The notes: a model not told the origin generated them from the sequence alone. DNA of 64,000 bases from Eledone cirrhosa (GCA_964016885.1 OZ024740.1:182838001-182902000), one strand, 5' to 3'; shown: positions 23,424 to 37,144, counted from the first letter of the stretch. Program-made: numbers and translations.

Positions 23424-26381
23424 TTACACACATGCACACACAAATGTGTATATACATAGACATGTGTATTGTGTACATTCTCGATTATGTTAACATGTAA
23501 AGCTAGGCATCTAAAATGCAAATTTCAAATGCATGGTAAACACTGATACAAGAGTTTATATGATAAAATATTTATGAAATGATATAATTTACCATCAAAA
23601 TTGCTAGACATATATTAATTATTTTAGACTTTGTTAACGATCATGTATTAATTAATTCAGTATTCTGCTGATTTACTTGTCTGAAATCATAATACCAAAT
23701 TATACCTAATAAGATGACCAGTGTTTGCCGATTATCAAATATTGATATTACTTAAGTGTCTATTTTGTATGCCAAATGAATTATGAAGACTTTCAATTCT
23801 GTGATTAACTTGGAAACAACCAAATTAGATGATATTACTGAAACCAACCAGCAATTTACGATGTGGATGTAAAAACTGTATTGGGTCAATAAAATATTAA
23901 GTTCAGTTTCACTATTGATTAAATGCACTACAAATTGATGGAATTATCTAATTTCACTTTGGGTTATATTCACTGAGGTTTCTCATATTTCATAACTGTT
24001 GGTGTCATGATAATTAACAATTGCTATATTTGGATTGAGAAAACAAAATTACAATTATTTTGTTTACTTTTTATTTTATTTTAATTTTATTTTTCAACTG
24101 CCGTTGTTGTTGTTTATCTAAGAGAATCATAGGTTATGGGCATATGTTCAAAATAATTCAGATTAGGACTTCTAATTATCGGTCTTAGTCTGGTTCGTGT
24201 AATAAGATTGGACGTATAACAACATGGTATGATCTGAACAAATCATATAAGAGAGAGAGAAACTTCTCGAAAAATACTTTAATTGCTAAGCTTAATTCTT
24301 CATTTGATAAGAGTAACCAGCAATTAAGTTAAGTACTACTTTTAGTAGGCTGGACCTTTTAACATTGAATTGAGTACTAATAAAATCCTGGCACTGTCAA
24401 ATACATCAGCAGCAGAGTTTCAATCTTCATCGAGGTGCTGCTTCATAATGTTTCTTTTGGCAGCTATCTGGAGTACCTAATTACAGACTAACATTTCTTG
24501 AAGCTGCTAATAGAATCAATACTTCAAACCACGAACTTTAGAGAAAGTAATTCCAATTCTGTTGTTTAACAAAATACAATTTTAGGTTTAGTTTCTTTAA
24601 GATGTAACTGTTTAGGCTAAAATTATAAAATGCATGCATACATACATGCATACAAACATACTCCTGCTAGCAGGGAAAATGGACATTAAATGATGATGGT
24701 ACATACATCTTGATTAGTAATATTCAAATGTTATTTTACTAATGACCAAAATATTGCTGCTGTTTGTTTGAATTTTAAACAATGTATTTATAAAATTTCA
24801 CATATCTCAAATGATGATTGTATTGTTTTCATTGTTATTATTGTTGTTGTTCATGGTGGAGGTGGCGTTGTTGTTGTTGGTCTTATATGAGATTGAAAAA
24901 CTGTTGTATAAATTAAATTTAATGACAGCATTGATTTCTCGTTGATACAAAAAAAACGAGTGTTGTGAAATGACTAGTGATAGTGATGGTGGGGAGTAAG
25001 CCAGTAGAAGGTGTGATAATCAGCATGTATCATGGCACTGTGCTATGTCTATAAATATCATATTTAACTCTCAATAGACCAGTTCATCTAACTGAAAATA
25101 GGCATGTGTGTGTGGACCCATATTTCCTAAGGGTGTTACAGGGGCACCCATTTGACATTCAGCATTTCTAGATCATTTGTAAACCTGGTGGAGACCATCT
25201 CCTCTCCACGTTTGAATACAGCATATTTCTTCCAGAGAAGGATAGAGAGAGAGAGAGTGAGAGAATAAAAGTGGGAAAGAGATACAGAATATGAATTAAC
25301 GCAGTACTTTACTGGTACTATTTGTATCAACTTTGAATGGGTGGATGACAAAGTTGACCTTGGAGGGATTTAAACTGAGAGAGCAAAGAGCCGATCACTC
25401 TATCTGATGTTCTAATGACTCTGAAAATGTGCTGCCTTGTAAATAGGTATTAGATGATAAAACTTGACCACAGTAAGCATTAATGGGATGTAGGTAAAGC
25501 TTGCAGAGGAAAGGAGGACCTGTCAAGGAGAGACAATGTTTTCAGTGATATTTCTATGACTCAGTAAATTATATGAGACACAAACAATATCAACAAATAC
25601 TTTAGTCATATAAACACTGGCGATGGAAAACAAATGTACAGTACCTTCTGTGGAACTCAAACTCAACTTGTAATATACCGTTTTGGTGTGCTATTAGTCT
25701 ATTTTTCCTAGTGAAAAAAAAAAGACGTTGATGCTTCTAACTTACATATTCAAAGCTTGCTCTTGCTTAACAGTTCTAAAGATAAATTGTTTCCATATAT
25801 CTACTGGCTGATTGATAAGGCTTATGATAATGGAAAAAATTGTCAATGGTACTCTAGTGTTAGCTCAGAGAACACTGTATATTGCAGGAATAGGTTTGAG
25901 TCCCATAGGCAGTGCTGTACACATTTTTCCGTCTCCAAAATAATTAAACTATTTTTCATGGTAAAAAAGTAAAACGTTAATGCTTCTAACGTAAAAATAT
26001 AACCTTTTCTTTAACATATAATCTAATGGCATATACTGTATTAGAAATTTACATTAATTAATGAAGAATTTGAAGGGATTTATTAAAATTATTCATTCCA
26101 CCATGATTATACTAGAATTTGTAAAATAATATAAAAAAGAGATTTTTATATAAAATTATGCGAGAAAGGTTTCATATAGTTATAAAACCTTTAAAATGGG
26201 TGGTTTTGTTTCATAGAAACAGGTGGATTTAGAACTCAAAAGGGTTAATTATGTTTTATGCAATGCTCTATCATCAACGTCTGAATCCAGAAAACAGCAT
26301 CTATTAAATATACTACTGTCCTTTCTTTACATCACTGAATTTTTGCTGGCCTTATGAATATTACTTCAATTTTATATATTA

Positions 26382-27255
26382 CTAGCAGTGGAACCCGGCG
26401 TTGCACGGGATAAGGTATTTTGGAACGCGGGCTGCCAAAAGAAGTTAATCGTGGAAAAACTGCATGCCTGGACAATATGTAAAGAAAATAAACCGAATAT
26501 TCTGATGGCTAGATAATCTTTAATATTTTCCTCGATGAAGCAGGAAAAATGCAGGTTTTCAACTAGGAGATCAAGAAATGATTATGTGCATAATATGCCT
26601 TGAAATTTCAGGAAAATCGGCCAGACGTAACGCCTCCAAAAAGCCCTAAAAAGCTGAAAAAATGAAGTTTTTCACCTAGGCCATAAAAAAGTTGGATTTT
26701 CTTTGCTCGCGGTATGAAGAGACTAACTAATACATGGTTACAATTTCAAGGAAATCGGTCTGACGTAACACCTAAAAAAAAACATAAAAAGCTTAAAAAC
26801 GCGGTTTTTCACCTAATGCGGGCCCTAGCATATCAAAAAGTTGAATTTTATGTGCATCACACTCCCTGAAACATAAGTAATGCACATGTAAAGTTTGAAA
26901 AAAATCGGTTGGGTACTTCTCGAGATTTAGGGATTCACAGGTAGACATCCTCAGGGAAGTGACGGAATGCAGACAGTTAGACATACAAACAGATATTATA
27001 AGGGCGCGACGTTATATGTATGTAACTATCTAAAAAGAGAAAGACTAAGAATTATAGGGAGAGATCGCTAAAACGCCTAATGTGGTCCCTATGGCATTGA
27101 AAATTTGAAATGTTTTTTGCTCAAAACACTCCCTGAAATATGAATATTGCATGTGTAAAGTTTGAAAACAGTCGGTTGGGTGGTTCTTGAGTTTTAGGGA
27201 TTCATACTCACACACACACAGACATACATCCTCAGTTTTATATATATATATATGA
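26382..27255 (-). mobile_element. Non-autonomous Helitron
   Basis: Minus strand 5' TCATATATAT..AAAACTGAGG; 3' CCCGTGCAACGCCGGG hairpin + CTAG|T; internal ~120-bp repeats. Confidence 0.8.
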
Positions 27256-28115
27256 CTGAATACAACTAAAACTCTAAACAAACTTTCGATACATATCTAA
27301 ATTGATAGTAAAATCTTTATAATTTCAATTTCAATATATTTTAATAAAAAGGAATTTATTGTTCATTTTAAACAATATCTTTGATCAAATCCCACAGCTC
27401 TCCCTTTCCTCATCTCTCTTTACTAACATCACCTATTTTTTATTTTCCTGTTTCCATCTTTAAACTTAGCTTTACTTTTCTATGACTTCTCTCCACTCAT
27501 CAAACATATGCTGACTTTCATTCAATGTCATGACAATATTCTTATAAGAATTATAATTTCATAGAAATGAAGGAAATATTGTTCGCATAGCAAGGATAAC
27601 AAATCAAAGTACTTTCATCTTATAATATTCAATGTTCCTTTAAAATTTTTAAAAGTTATTTCAGCATTTATTTGTTTCGATATTTTTGTAAATGCTTAAA
27701 AGTTATTTTAATATGTTTTCTCACTTCCGTTTTTCTATCCAATTTCTCAATTTTATGAGTTTTTATATCTCTTTATAAGTCAGTAAAGTATACACTGTAA
27801 AACATAATCATATATATAAAGAAAAATGCATGAAAAGGAAAAGAAAATTATATATATATATAATCACCCACCGAGGATGTGTTCCAGTGCCAAGTTATGT
27901 AATGTCTGCAGATATTACCTAACTATGGTGAATATTAGTTGCAGTTGGAAATATCATTACCCACATGCAGTCGTTCCTTTTACTGATTAATGTATGTATG
28001 CACTCTGGGTTATAGGTTTCTATTTCTAACATACAAACTTTCTAATATCATTGAGTGAGTAAGTGACGGCTAGAGATGAAACTATTCACATTGATGAGCT
28101 TCCTAAAATATATAT

Positions 28116-28389
28116 ATATACAATATATTAACAAATGGAAACTATATGTATAAAACCATATTTATTTCATTATACATATTTCAAGGGCCACCAAGGTAAA
28201 CTATGGTGCGGTTTCATCAGATACAATATAATATAGGTTAGTTTTATAAATAAATATTGACATACCCTTAAAAAATGCAACCATTCTAGTTGGAATCTCC
28301 TGGATTTACCTTGGTGGCCCTTGAAATATGTATAATGAAATAAATATGGTTTTATAAATATAGTTTCCATTTGTTAATATATTGTATAT
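28116..28389. repeat. Inverted repeat (85-bp arms 28116-28200 / 28305-28389) with an HHR-like motif on the minus strand (~28167-28225)
   Basis: Arms nearly identical; minus strand CUGAUGA..CACCA/UGGUG..GAAA-UAUG-UA. Confidence 0.8.
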
Positions 28390-28472
28390 TTACTCCAATA
28401 ATTTGTTGAGTGCTTTATATCAGTTATAAAAATATTTTGCTTGTTGTATCCCAACAAATTAAATATAACCTC

Positions 28473-28519
<47 letters not shown>

Positions 28520-28569
28520 CAATAACTTCTACAGGACTAGAACTGTTTCATTTGCATGAAAATTCATTC

Positions 28570-28860
28570 ATGGATTGGCTTCAAGAACAAAGATTAAGAA
28601 GGAGTGGTTCACATTGACTGCAGGCATGCTTGTGGCTGTTCAGGCATATGCTGGACAGGTAGGCAAGGCCACAACTGAAGGTCTGGTCAGGCATTGGGAG
28701 TTTGTTGTTGTGGTGTTGCAGTTCTTCAGGATCTGTTGTCCTCAAGGGTAGCCCTTTGGATGTTTTCAAGGGAGAAGACAGCATGGTTGATGATGGATGT
28801 TGAGACACCAAGCATCACAGTCCTCAGCTATGCTTGACCACTGATAATAGGCACTAAAGG
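28570..28860 (-). mobile_element. Old RTE-like 3' fragment
   Basis: TFSC..YLSSICLNSHKHAC resembles the terminal CxxC..S.IGL.SH motif of RTE LINEs. Confidence 0.45.
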
Positions 28861-29166
28861 ATAATATATATATTGCTAAATTAAGAGAAGCATCACCTGG
28901 TGAGAAGTGTATAATTTAGTAGATTTTATACTGAAATCAAAAGTATTTTTCTGCTTTCAATGTTTAAGTTTTGGGTATAATTCTCCACCATTCATTTTAT
29001 TATAGAGTCATATTTCTGTTCAACTGAAACGAATGTTTTAACATAAGCCATAAATACTTATCAGTAGAAGCATCTTTATTTAACTCTTATGACGGATGAT
29101 TTTTATCTTTCCTTCATAGAAAACAGGTACTAAAAAAATGTAGACATGTAGAAATGAGAGTGTGTG

Positions 29167-29208
<42 letters not shown>

Positions 29209-29268
29209 TATATATATTACATTTCTAATAATTTCAAACCAACTCGCTGTTTCGAAAATATCCTTACT

Positions 29269-29333
<65 letters not shown>

Positions 29334-29376
29334 TATATATATATAAAAGTAGTAACACAACAATTAGTTCACCATA

Positions 29377-29417
29377 CCGAGAGCATCTGTTTCATTTTAT
29401 GCGAATCCTCAGCTCGG
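29377..29417 (-). ncRNA. Hammerhead motif, same family as 425-474 (cleavage triplet decayed)
   Basis: CCGAG-CUGAGGA..GAAAC-AGAU-GCU-CUCGG; shares the flank TTAGTTCACCATACCGAGA with 417-435. Confidence 0.55.
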
Positions 29418-29419
29418 GC

Positions 29420-29650
29420 TCCAAACTTCTACCAAAGTTCTGCCAAACTCGTCCCATTGACTGAGTGGTCTACCACTACGGATATTACCTTCCAGTATTC
29501 TACCTTTATATATATATAAAGTTGTGACCTGTGTTTACTGGAATGCCATGCCATAATACACTCTAAGCTGAACCTGCTTAACAGGAAATCGGAAATTTTC
29601 TCCTCTTGCCAACACAAAATCCTGAGTTCCTTCTTCTATTTTAAACCTAG
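29420..29650 (+). pseudogene. Penelope-like GIY-YIG C-terminal remnant
   Basis: SCDLCLLECHAIIHSKLNLLNRKSEIFSSCQHK. Confidence 0.7.
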
Positions 29651-30375
29651 CACATAGACGTAACATATATCACGCAACCCCCACCTAGACTATAGCTCCC
29701 CCCCAACCCATAACCCAGATAGATAGGTACCCTAAGGGTGGTACAGTCCCCTACAAGGTTGGTGTTTTTGCGTGTGTGTGTATGTGTATGTGTGTGTGTA
29801 TTCTCCTTTTCTCTCTCTCACACACACACACACACAGACATATGTATGTGTGTGTGCGTGTGTGCATGCATGCATGTGTGCGTGCATTGTATGCAGGTAT
29901 ATTGTATATATGCATATATATATATATGTATATTGTATGCATGCGTATTATATTGTGTGTATGTGTATATGTGACATGTATGTGAATATATGTATGTATG
30001 TGTGTGTATGTGTGAGTGTATGATGTGTGTATATATGTGTATATGTATGTATACTTTTCTGTAGAAATCCTCTCTATATGTGGTGTGTGGCACGAATTCC
30101 TCCTATAATACTCTTCCTTGAGAAGAGCACGATATGCAGAGTAACACATATGTATTGTCGAAGTTGAAACTGAGAACCACCACCTCTCCTGCTGACCCAA
30201 ATGTTTACTGAGGACCAGAACACCATTCTCCGCAATATAAGAGCGAAATGCGCTTGCCGGAATATTGATGACCATAACATCACATTCCAAGGTAATGGCA
30301 AAACACAGTGAATGCTATGCATGACCAGAACACCACAACATGCACATCTGAGCAACACAGATATAATATCAATAG

Positions 30376-30702
30376 GCGAATCAACTGAATTTTTTTAGTT
30401 GAAATACATATGGATATGTGTCTGTGTGTATCGGACACACGTACACATAAAGAAGCTGCTGACCTAAATGTACCTGTCATGCCTGTCTGAATTCCTAAGG
30501 GAATTTTCGGCCAGTTGCTGTCTTGACCGATTGTAGTACCAGTGGGTGAATCAATTGAGTTTTTTGGGTTGAAATACATATAAATGTGTGTCTGTGTGTG
30601 TCGGACACACGTACACATAAAGAAGCTGCTGACCTAAATGTACCTGTCATGCCTGTCTGAATTCCTAAGAGAATTTTCGGTCAGTTGCTGACTTGACCGA
30701 TT
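30376..30702. repeat. Two tandem copies of a ~170-bp unit within an unclassified CpG-rich segment (30060-31260)
   Basis: 30376-30532 repeats at 30546-30702. Confidence 0.85.
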
Positions 30703-31631
30703 AACCCCACAATTACTACGTAGCGGTTCTTGCACGTGACTGCTGGACCCGGATGAAACGAAGACGAAGAATTTCCTTGCGTACCGTTTTGTACCACAGA
30801 TGCGATCTCACCCTGACTCGTTAATGTTCTATCGACACCAAAGTTCAACGTTCGGGCGAATAGAATTGAATCCAACCACCAACAACATAGCTGGATGACC
30901 GATAATCACACCAAACCGGAGTACTGTGATCCTTGTGATTTCCAGATATACAACCACTGACACTGTTACGAAGACCATACTCCATAATATTGAACCAAGT
31001 GATTGATTTGTGCGACCAAAATAACACCACACACATATTGAACTAGGAATATTGGATCCTCCGTCAATGTCCGGGTGAGCAAAAATAGATTTCTATCTGC
31101 ATTGGAATTTACGAACTTGTGCATCTGCTGTGGTGTCAAAAACAAACACGCATGACCGCACAGATAAACAATGGACTATGCCACGTTGCTTGAACCTGTA
31201 AGTGAATTGAAGGTTCTGTAACTCTGATACACAGATTATTTATTATTAAGATGTATAAACTTGACATAACTATTATCATCTTATATTCTCTCAACTAATC
31301 ACACTTGATCATATTTCTCTATCCCGTTTTCTCCCCCCATAATTATTATATTTTTATTTTTATTTAAAAAAATCGTTTTTTTTTACATTGTGTTTCCCCT
31401 CCAAATATTCGCTTATATTTCTTTATATATTCTCTATATATTTTTTTTACATATATATATTTTTTTATCTTTATTATTTCCACTTTTACCCTCCTTTATA
31501 TTTTACCTTATTCTTACTTTTGTACCTTATTATAGTGTAATCTTCCCCAAGCCTTATTATACACTATTAATTATAGATTATTATTATTACTCTTTTTCCA
31601 TTTCTAATTACCTCATGTACTTTCTCCTCCG

Positions 31632-31670
<39 letters not shown>

Positions 31671-31923
31671 ATGCCCTTTGTGTTTGTGTAGCCTCTGCAC
31701 ACCCTCTGCACCATACTATCGACGCCACCCCATCTATGGTTCAGCTAACCACTCGACTCCCGGGAATGAATATGACCGCAGCTAGTAAACAAGGACCCAC
31801 ACCCCACCCTCCCGCACCAAAATTAGACTTATCGTCCCCTACTTTTGCTCTTTACTCTCTTTACTATTTGTTCTTGAATGTTTGGTTGGTAGAGTCCATA
31901 ACACCAATCAAACCCCTTTTATA

Positions 31924-31968
31924 GCTCTGACGAATCCTACGGTTACGTAAGGAAGAAACATTGGAAGC
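31924..31968 (+). ncRNA. Degenerate hammerhead motif
   Basis: GCU-CUGACGA-aUCCUACG-guua-CGUAaGGA-a-GAAAC-auu-GGA-AGC; U16.1 lost; followed by AATAAA and (TA)n. Confidence 0.5.
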
Positions 31969-32009
31969 CAATAAAAATCTTTTCATGTTGTAGACGTTCT
32001 TGTGTTCTT

Positions 32010-32102
<93 letters not shown>

Positions 32103-32329
32103 TATAAGTATATGTGTGTGAGTATATATAGAGTGTAGGTAGTATGGTGAAACACAGCCGTTGGCACCAAATTAAGCATCCTATGCACAGGTAGAGCGTA
32201 TATAGTAGAAAAAAGAGGAAGTTTCCTTTACATATGACAAATATTTATTGTGTAACAGGTCGATACACAATAAATATTTTTCATATGTAAACGAAACTTC
32301 TTCGTTTTTTCTGTATATATATATGTGTG

Positions 32330-34226
32330 TGTTTGTGTAACGGAATCGTCACGGGTCTCGCAGTAGAAATGTAGCATGGTATAATGCCCCCTACTCCAGG
32401 AGCCTTAGAACGAATGTAGCAGGCCTCTTCTTCAGGGCTCTGGACAAGTGTTTTCCATCCTCGCATGGATACCATAAGCTTTTCAATCGGCACACGGTGA
32501 AGTTCTCTTTTTCTACTATGCCTTAACTTTGTGGAGATCATTGCCTCCATCAACCTTAAAATGCTGCAGGAGTACCTCAATATTGATCGTACTGGGAGGG
32601 TTGCCAACAGGTCAAAACTCGCCAGGAGAGATATGGACCCCGTTCCATCTGTCATAAATAATCGGAACCCCCAATGCAATAGCCCCTCTTTTGCATTGAA
32701 CACTGCACCCTACGGAGCTCTTGGTAGATCTCTGATGAACTGCAACTCCAGATCCCCCCCCCCTCCCAGACTGCCCCCTCAACAGCCGCTTCAGAATCTC
32801 GGGAGTGGTCTACAGCTGTACAGTCTCTACCAAAAGAGAGGAATTTGCGCATGTGGGTTCCACTATCCGGGTCTCTGTGTATATGTTCTATCAAGGTTGA
32901 CTACGCAGGTGACTAATTTGTGGTCTGAATAGGCAACCATGTGCATTTGTGGACAGATTAATGTTTCCTTATCATTCTGTCTAATTAAAAATCTATCTAA
33001 ATACGAGCTAGAAGACCCAGTTCGGTTGCTCCACGTCCATAGTGGTGAACTTGGGAAGTCTAGTCGATATCTATCAGCCAGTCGGAATTGGGTGATGAGA
33101 TTTTTGAGGCTATTACACCCCCCTCTATTATCACAAGCTCCTACATAGTCCCAACGTGCGTCTAAGATGCCATTCCAGTCCCCCGCTAACACTAAGGAGC
33201 GAAATGTTCCCAGGAATGGCTCCAGATGCTTGAAGAACTCTGGTCGCGATGTCCCAGTCGGGGCATACACGGCCACCAGTCTGAAAGCTCCACCTTCACT
33301 ACCATTCACGCCCAGGACCACAAAGCTGCCCTCCGGGTCCAAGTGAATCGTCTGTATTTTGAGATCCAAGTTTTTTCGAAACAGAACAGCAACTCCCCCT
33401 CCACCTCCTGGCTGACAGAGAGATGCGTAGATATCAAAATCATCGAACATGGGGTTTAGCTGCTGCTTGTCGTGAATCCTGGACTCGGTGATGGCTATCA
33501 CATCTATACAATGTGACCTGAGATCATTTAAAAGCTGGTCCTGTTTCCAGGACATGCCCAGGCCACGTACATTCAAACATCCAGCTTGTATAGTCGCCAT
33601 GTTGTGAAGAAGAGTTAAGGAGAGAAAAGGCAGGAACACTTACCTTTTCGTTTCCTGGAGGTTGGGTTCTTCGATCTCCATGTCCAGATTGGTGGTGTTT
33701 GGGGAGGGAAGGAATCATTTTAGCAGGACACGGTTAAGGGGCTTTTGGCAAGGGTGGCCCACATCATGTGGGAAGTTTTCTTTTAAAGTTTCATACTGTA
33801 GGGTTGTTACCCTGATAAGTTTGAGGTTTGGGGGTGGGTCGTTGGTGGGGAAGGTTTTCACTTCCGTTTGTATTGTGGGGTCCTTTCGGACAGTTTTCAC
33901 CAGTTCTTTGTTTCTTGTTTTTATGTATGTGTAATGTGTTTTGTTTTTTATGTGTACTGTTTCTGTTTGTAGTTTTCTTTTTGTGGTTGGGGTTTGTGCT
34001 TGTGGTGGTGTGGGTATTTGTTTTGTTGGTGAAGTGTTTGTATTGGTGGTGATTGTGTTGTTGGTGAGTTTGTCGTTTGTGACGGTGTGTTTATGGTGGG
34101 CTTGGGTGTGTGCATGTTTTCTGTAGATGTTTTTGTGTCTTTTTTGTGTCTTTTTTGTTTTTTCGATTTTTAGGGTTCCTCTTCTTTCTCACCAGGAGAT
34201 GTAGAGGTTCCAGTGTCTGAGACTTC

Positions 34227-34230
<4 letters not shown>
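32330..34230 (-). mobile_element. Internally deleted L1/Tx1-clade LINE
   Basis: APE ORF followed directly by C-terminal remnants, RT missing; low-complexity ORF1-like remnant upstream. Confidence 0.7.
32863..33600 (-). pseudogene. L1/Tx1-type APE endonuclease domain
   Basis: CLNVRGL..IAITES..GGGVAVLF..AVYAP..LAGDWN..YLDRFLI..SDHKLV..RPG(stop at the GYWK position). Confidence 0.88.
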
Positions 34231-34257
<27 letters not shown>

Positions 34258-34345
34258 GTATACATATCAAATTAAAAAGCGGAGTTAAAAACTCGCATTA
34301 ATCCCCTATAATTTAATAAGCTCAAGGAATCGATACTGGGCTCTT

Positions 34346-34852
34346 TATAATACAGTATATAGCGAAGATAACACAAATAGGTATGTGTTAAATTATAAGG
34401 GATAGAAATCCATCAGAGTGAAACATATAAAGTGTACGAAAGGAATGGAAAATACATATCAAAAGAATAAATCAAAAATGCACAAACCAACATTTTATAA
34501 CTAGAAACAACTGGACAAACTCTAATATGAGTGTTTTCTTCTCCTTTCACCATGTGTATTATTTTAGTTATCTGAAGTAATTTTAGAAGTGTGGACCATA
34601 CTGTTTTACGCCTGTTGAAAGCCCTGAGTAGTATGGGATCCTCACATTTTTATGGCGAAACATTATCTTATTAGAGTTTATCCAGGTATTTATAGTTATA
34701 AAAGGTTGGTTTGTGCATTTTGATTTATTCTTTTAATTGATATATATTTTCCATTCCTTTCCGTAGACTTTGTTTGTCTCACTAATGGTTTTCTTTCCCC
34801 TATAATGGAACACATACCTATTTGTGCTTTCTTCTCTATATACTGTATTATA
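34346..34852. repeat. Older imperfect inverted repeat (~190-bp arms)
   Basis: 34346-34537 is reverse-complementary to ~34655-34852 with many substitutions; (TA) flank. Confidence 0.8.
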
Positions 34853-35310
34853 TATATACATATAAATATATGTGTGTGTGTATTATAATTGTTTCTACTT
34901 TTGGCACAAGGCCAGCAATTATCCCATACATTACTGATGCTTTATTTTATTGACCCCATAAGGATGGAAGGCAAAGTTAACCTCAGTGGGATTTTAACTC
35001 AAACCGTAAAGGCACGGAACTCTATGCTACAAAGCATGGCGTGCAACCCTCGACTGATAATGCTAAGTGTGTATAATAATAATAGGCATAAACTAAATTT
35101 GTAGCTGCAGTATATATGGGTGTGTGCTTGAGTGTGCAGAATGAATATTTCATATTTTGTAATGAACAGCAGATAACATTGATGAAACTCACATTGCAGT
35201 AGCAACATGACTACTATGTTAACATTACATCTGTTTTACGCTTTGTATTAGACACCATTAAGTTTATTGACCTTTTGTAGAAATCTAAATAATTGCAAAG
35301 CTAATACATC

Positions 35311-35826
35311 TGTAGCGACTAGCCCCACCTTGCACGGGGAGAAAAAACTAATTGGAGTTACTTCCCCTTGAATTCTAGTGGATTCCTTGAACTTCCAGTC
35401 TAGGGATTATAAAGGAGGGAGAAAAGAGACATCTTGGCTTATTTGGCGATGGCTCTCGTACAGTTCACTCACGAGCAAGTTTGTTAACCTTATTATATCT
35501 GTATCGAATTAAATTAGTGGTTGGCCTGCAATGGCATTTAACAAAGTAATTCACTAAAGTACTTTAGTGAATTAGTCACAGGGTTATTTACTTTGGTAAA
35601 CGCCATTGCAGGCCAACCACTAATTTAATTCGATACAGATATAATAAGGTTAACAAACTCGCTCGTGAGTGAACTGTCCGAGAGCCATAGCCAGATAAAC
35701 CAAGATGTCTCTTTTCTCCCTCCTTTATAATCCCTAGACCGGAAGTTCAAGGAATCTTCTAGAATTCAATGGGAAGTAACTCCAGTTAGTTTTTTCTCCC
35801 CGGGCAAGGTGGCGCTAGTCGCTACA
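35311..35826. mobile_element. Foldback element with TGT...ACA ends and 4-bp TSD (CATC)
   Basis: ~240-bp arms 35311-35549 / 35588-35826; CATC at 35307-35310 and 35827-35830. Confidence 0.88.
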
Positions 35827-37144
35827 CATCTATATATTTTGTTCAAAATGTATAGCTATACATATATATCATACAAATCAATGTAAAATATGAACTGAAA
35901 ATTTGCTATTGTTATTGTTTTAAATGATTGGTTAAGTCTGCATAACACAAATAATACCAATCAGTCTGAGAGCAGTTTTAATTCTATGATACAAAACTGC
36001 CAATTGTAAAGTGCTTGTAATTAAACTTTCCAATATAATTTTATATAAGAACATTTTATTAAGTTATGTTCCAAACAGCAGCTTGGTAACAAAAGGGTTA
36101 CTTATTTTTCTCAATATTTCTAAATTCTGGATTATTTTCAAAATTAATTGAAATATACTGGCATTGTATTTTTTACTGAGAAGATTACAATGGTGATAGT
36201 CAAGTAGTTCGACCAGAAAATAGTGTTTAGTCTGTATTATAGTAGTAGCTATCTTTCACATGTTTCTAAACACACCCAGTACACACTGTAAAGTGGTTGG
36301 TGATAGGAAGGGCAAAACAAGGGTTCAGTTGTGTATGAGAACCTCTCTTTTACACTCAGTAGAATGTAGGACCGTACATAAGCATGATTCTGATCCATGG
36401 TCTATCTGGGAAATCTGTAGCCTCACTTTATTATTGAGTTGGTCTATGTAGACCTGTTCAACCCTTGCTAGCAAGGAAAGTAGATATTAAAATAATGATA
36501 ATGATGAATATGTAAAATTGTTTATAAGATTCTCTTTTTCAGCATAATTCTAAGGAAATACAATATTTATAATATTACGACCACCATTTTAGCATCTACT
36601 TTTCCAACTACATTTAGTAAAAACCTTGGTAGCAGAAAGAAATTGCAGATTTTAAAATGATAATAATTTTCTATGATGTCTTGAGTTGAATGAAACCTGA
36701 TTTTTGTGGCAGTATTCTAGGGTTGGATGCCTTTCTGATATCAACCCATACTTTATTTGCATGATACATTTTACTGCTGATTTTCATTGAGCTGCTACCT
36801 GATGGGATTAATGCCGGTGATGTACATCAACAAATCTCATTATCATGTGAAAGCACATACGGAGACAGTCACACACAGTCACACACAGTCACACACAGTC
36901 ACACATATGATGGCATAGAAATCATTCATAATGCATTGATCGGTTCAAAACTGCACAGTAGAATGTTATACAGTGGTATTGAATTCAAAGTCCCATGATT
37001 GCAATACCTGCAACTATCATATGTTAATTTTGAAAATATTTTAGTAAAATCACCCTTTTTTTCTTTTTACTAATAAGCTGGTTTAACCCTTTAGGAATTA
37101 CATTACTCTAAATATACTATTGTATTTTAATTCTAAAGACGTTA

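Noticed and set aside
30205-30260. CTGAGGA...GAAA possible hammerhead
   Set aside because: No convincing stems I-III.
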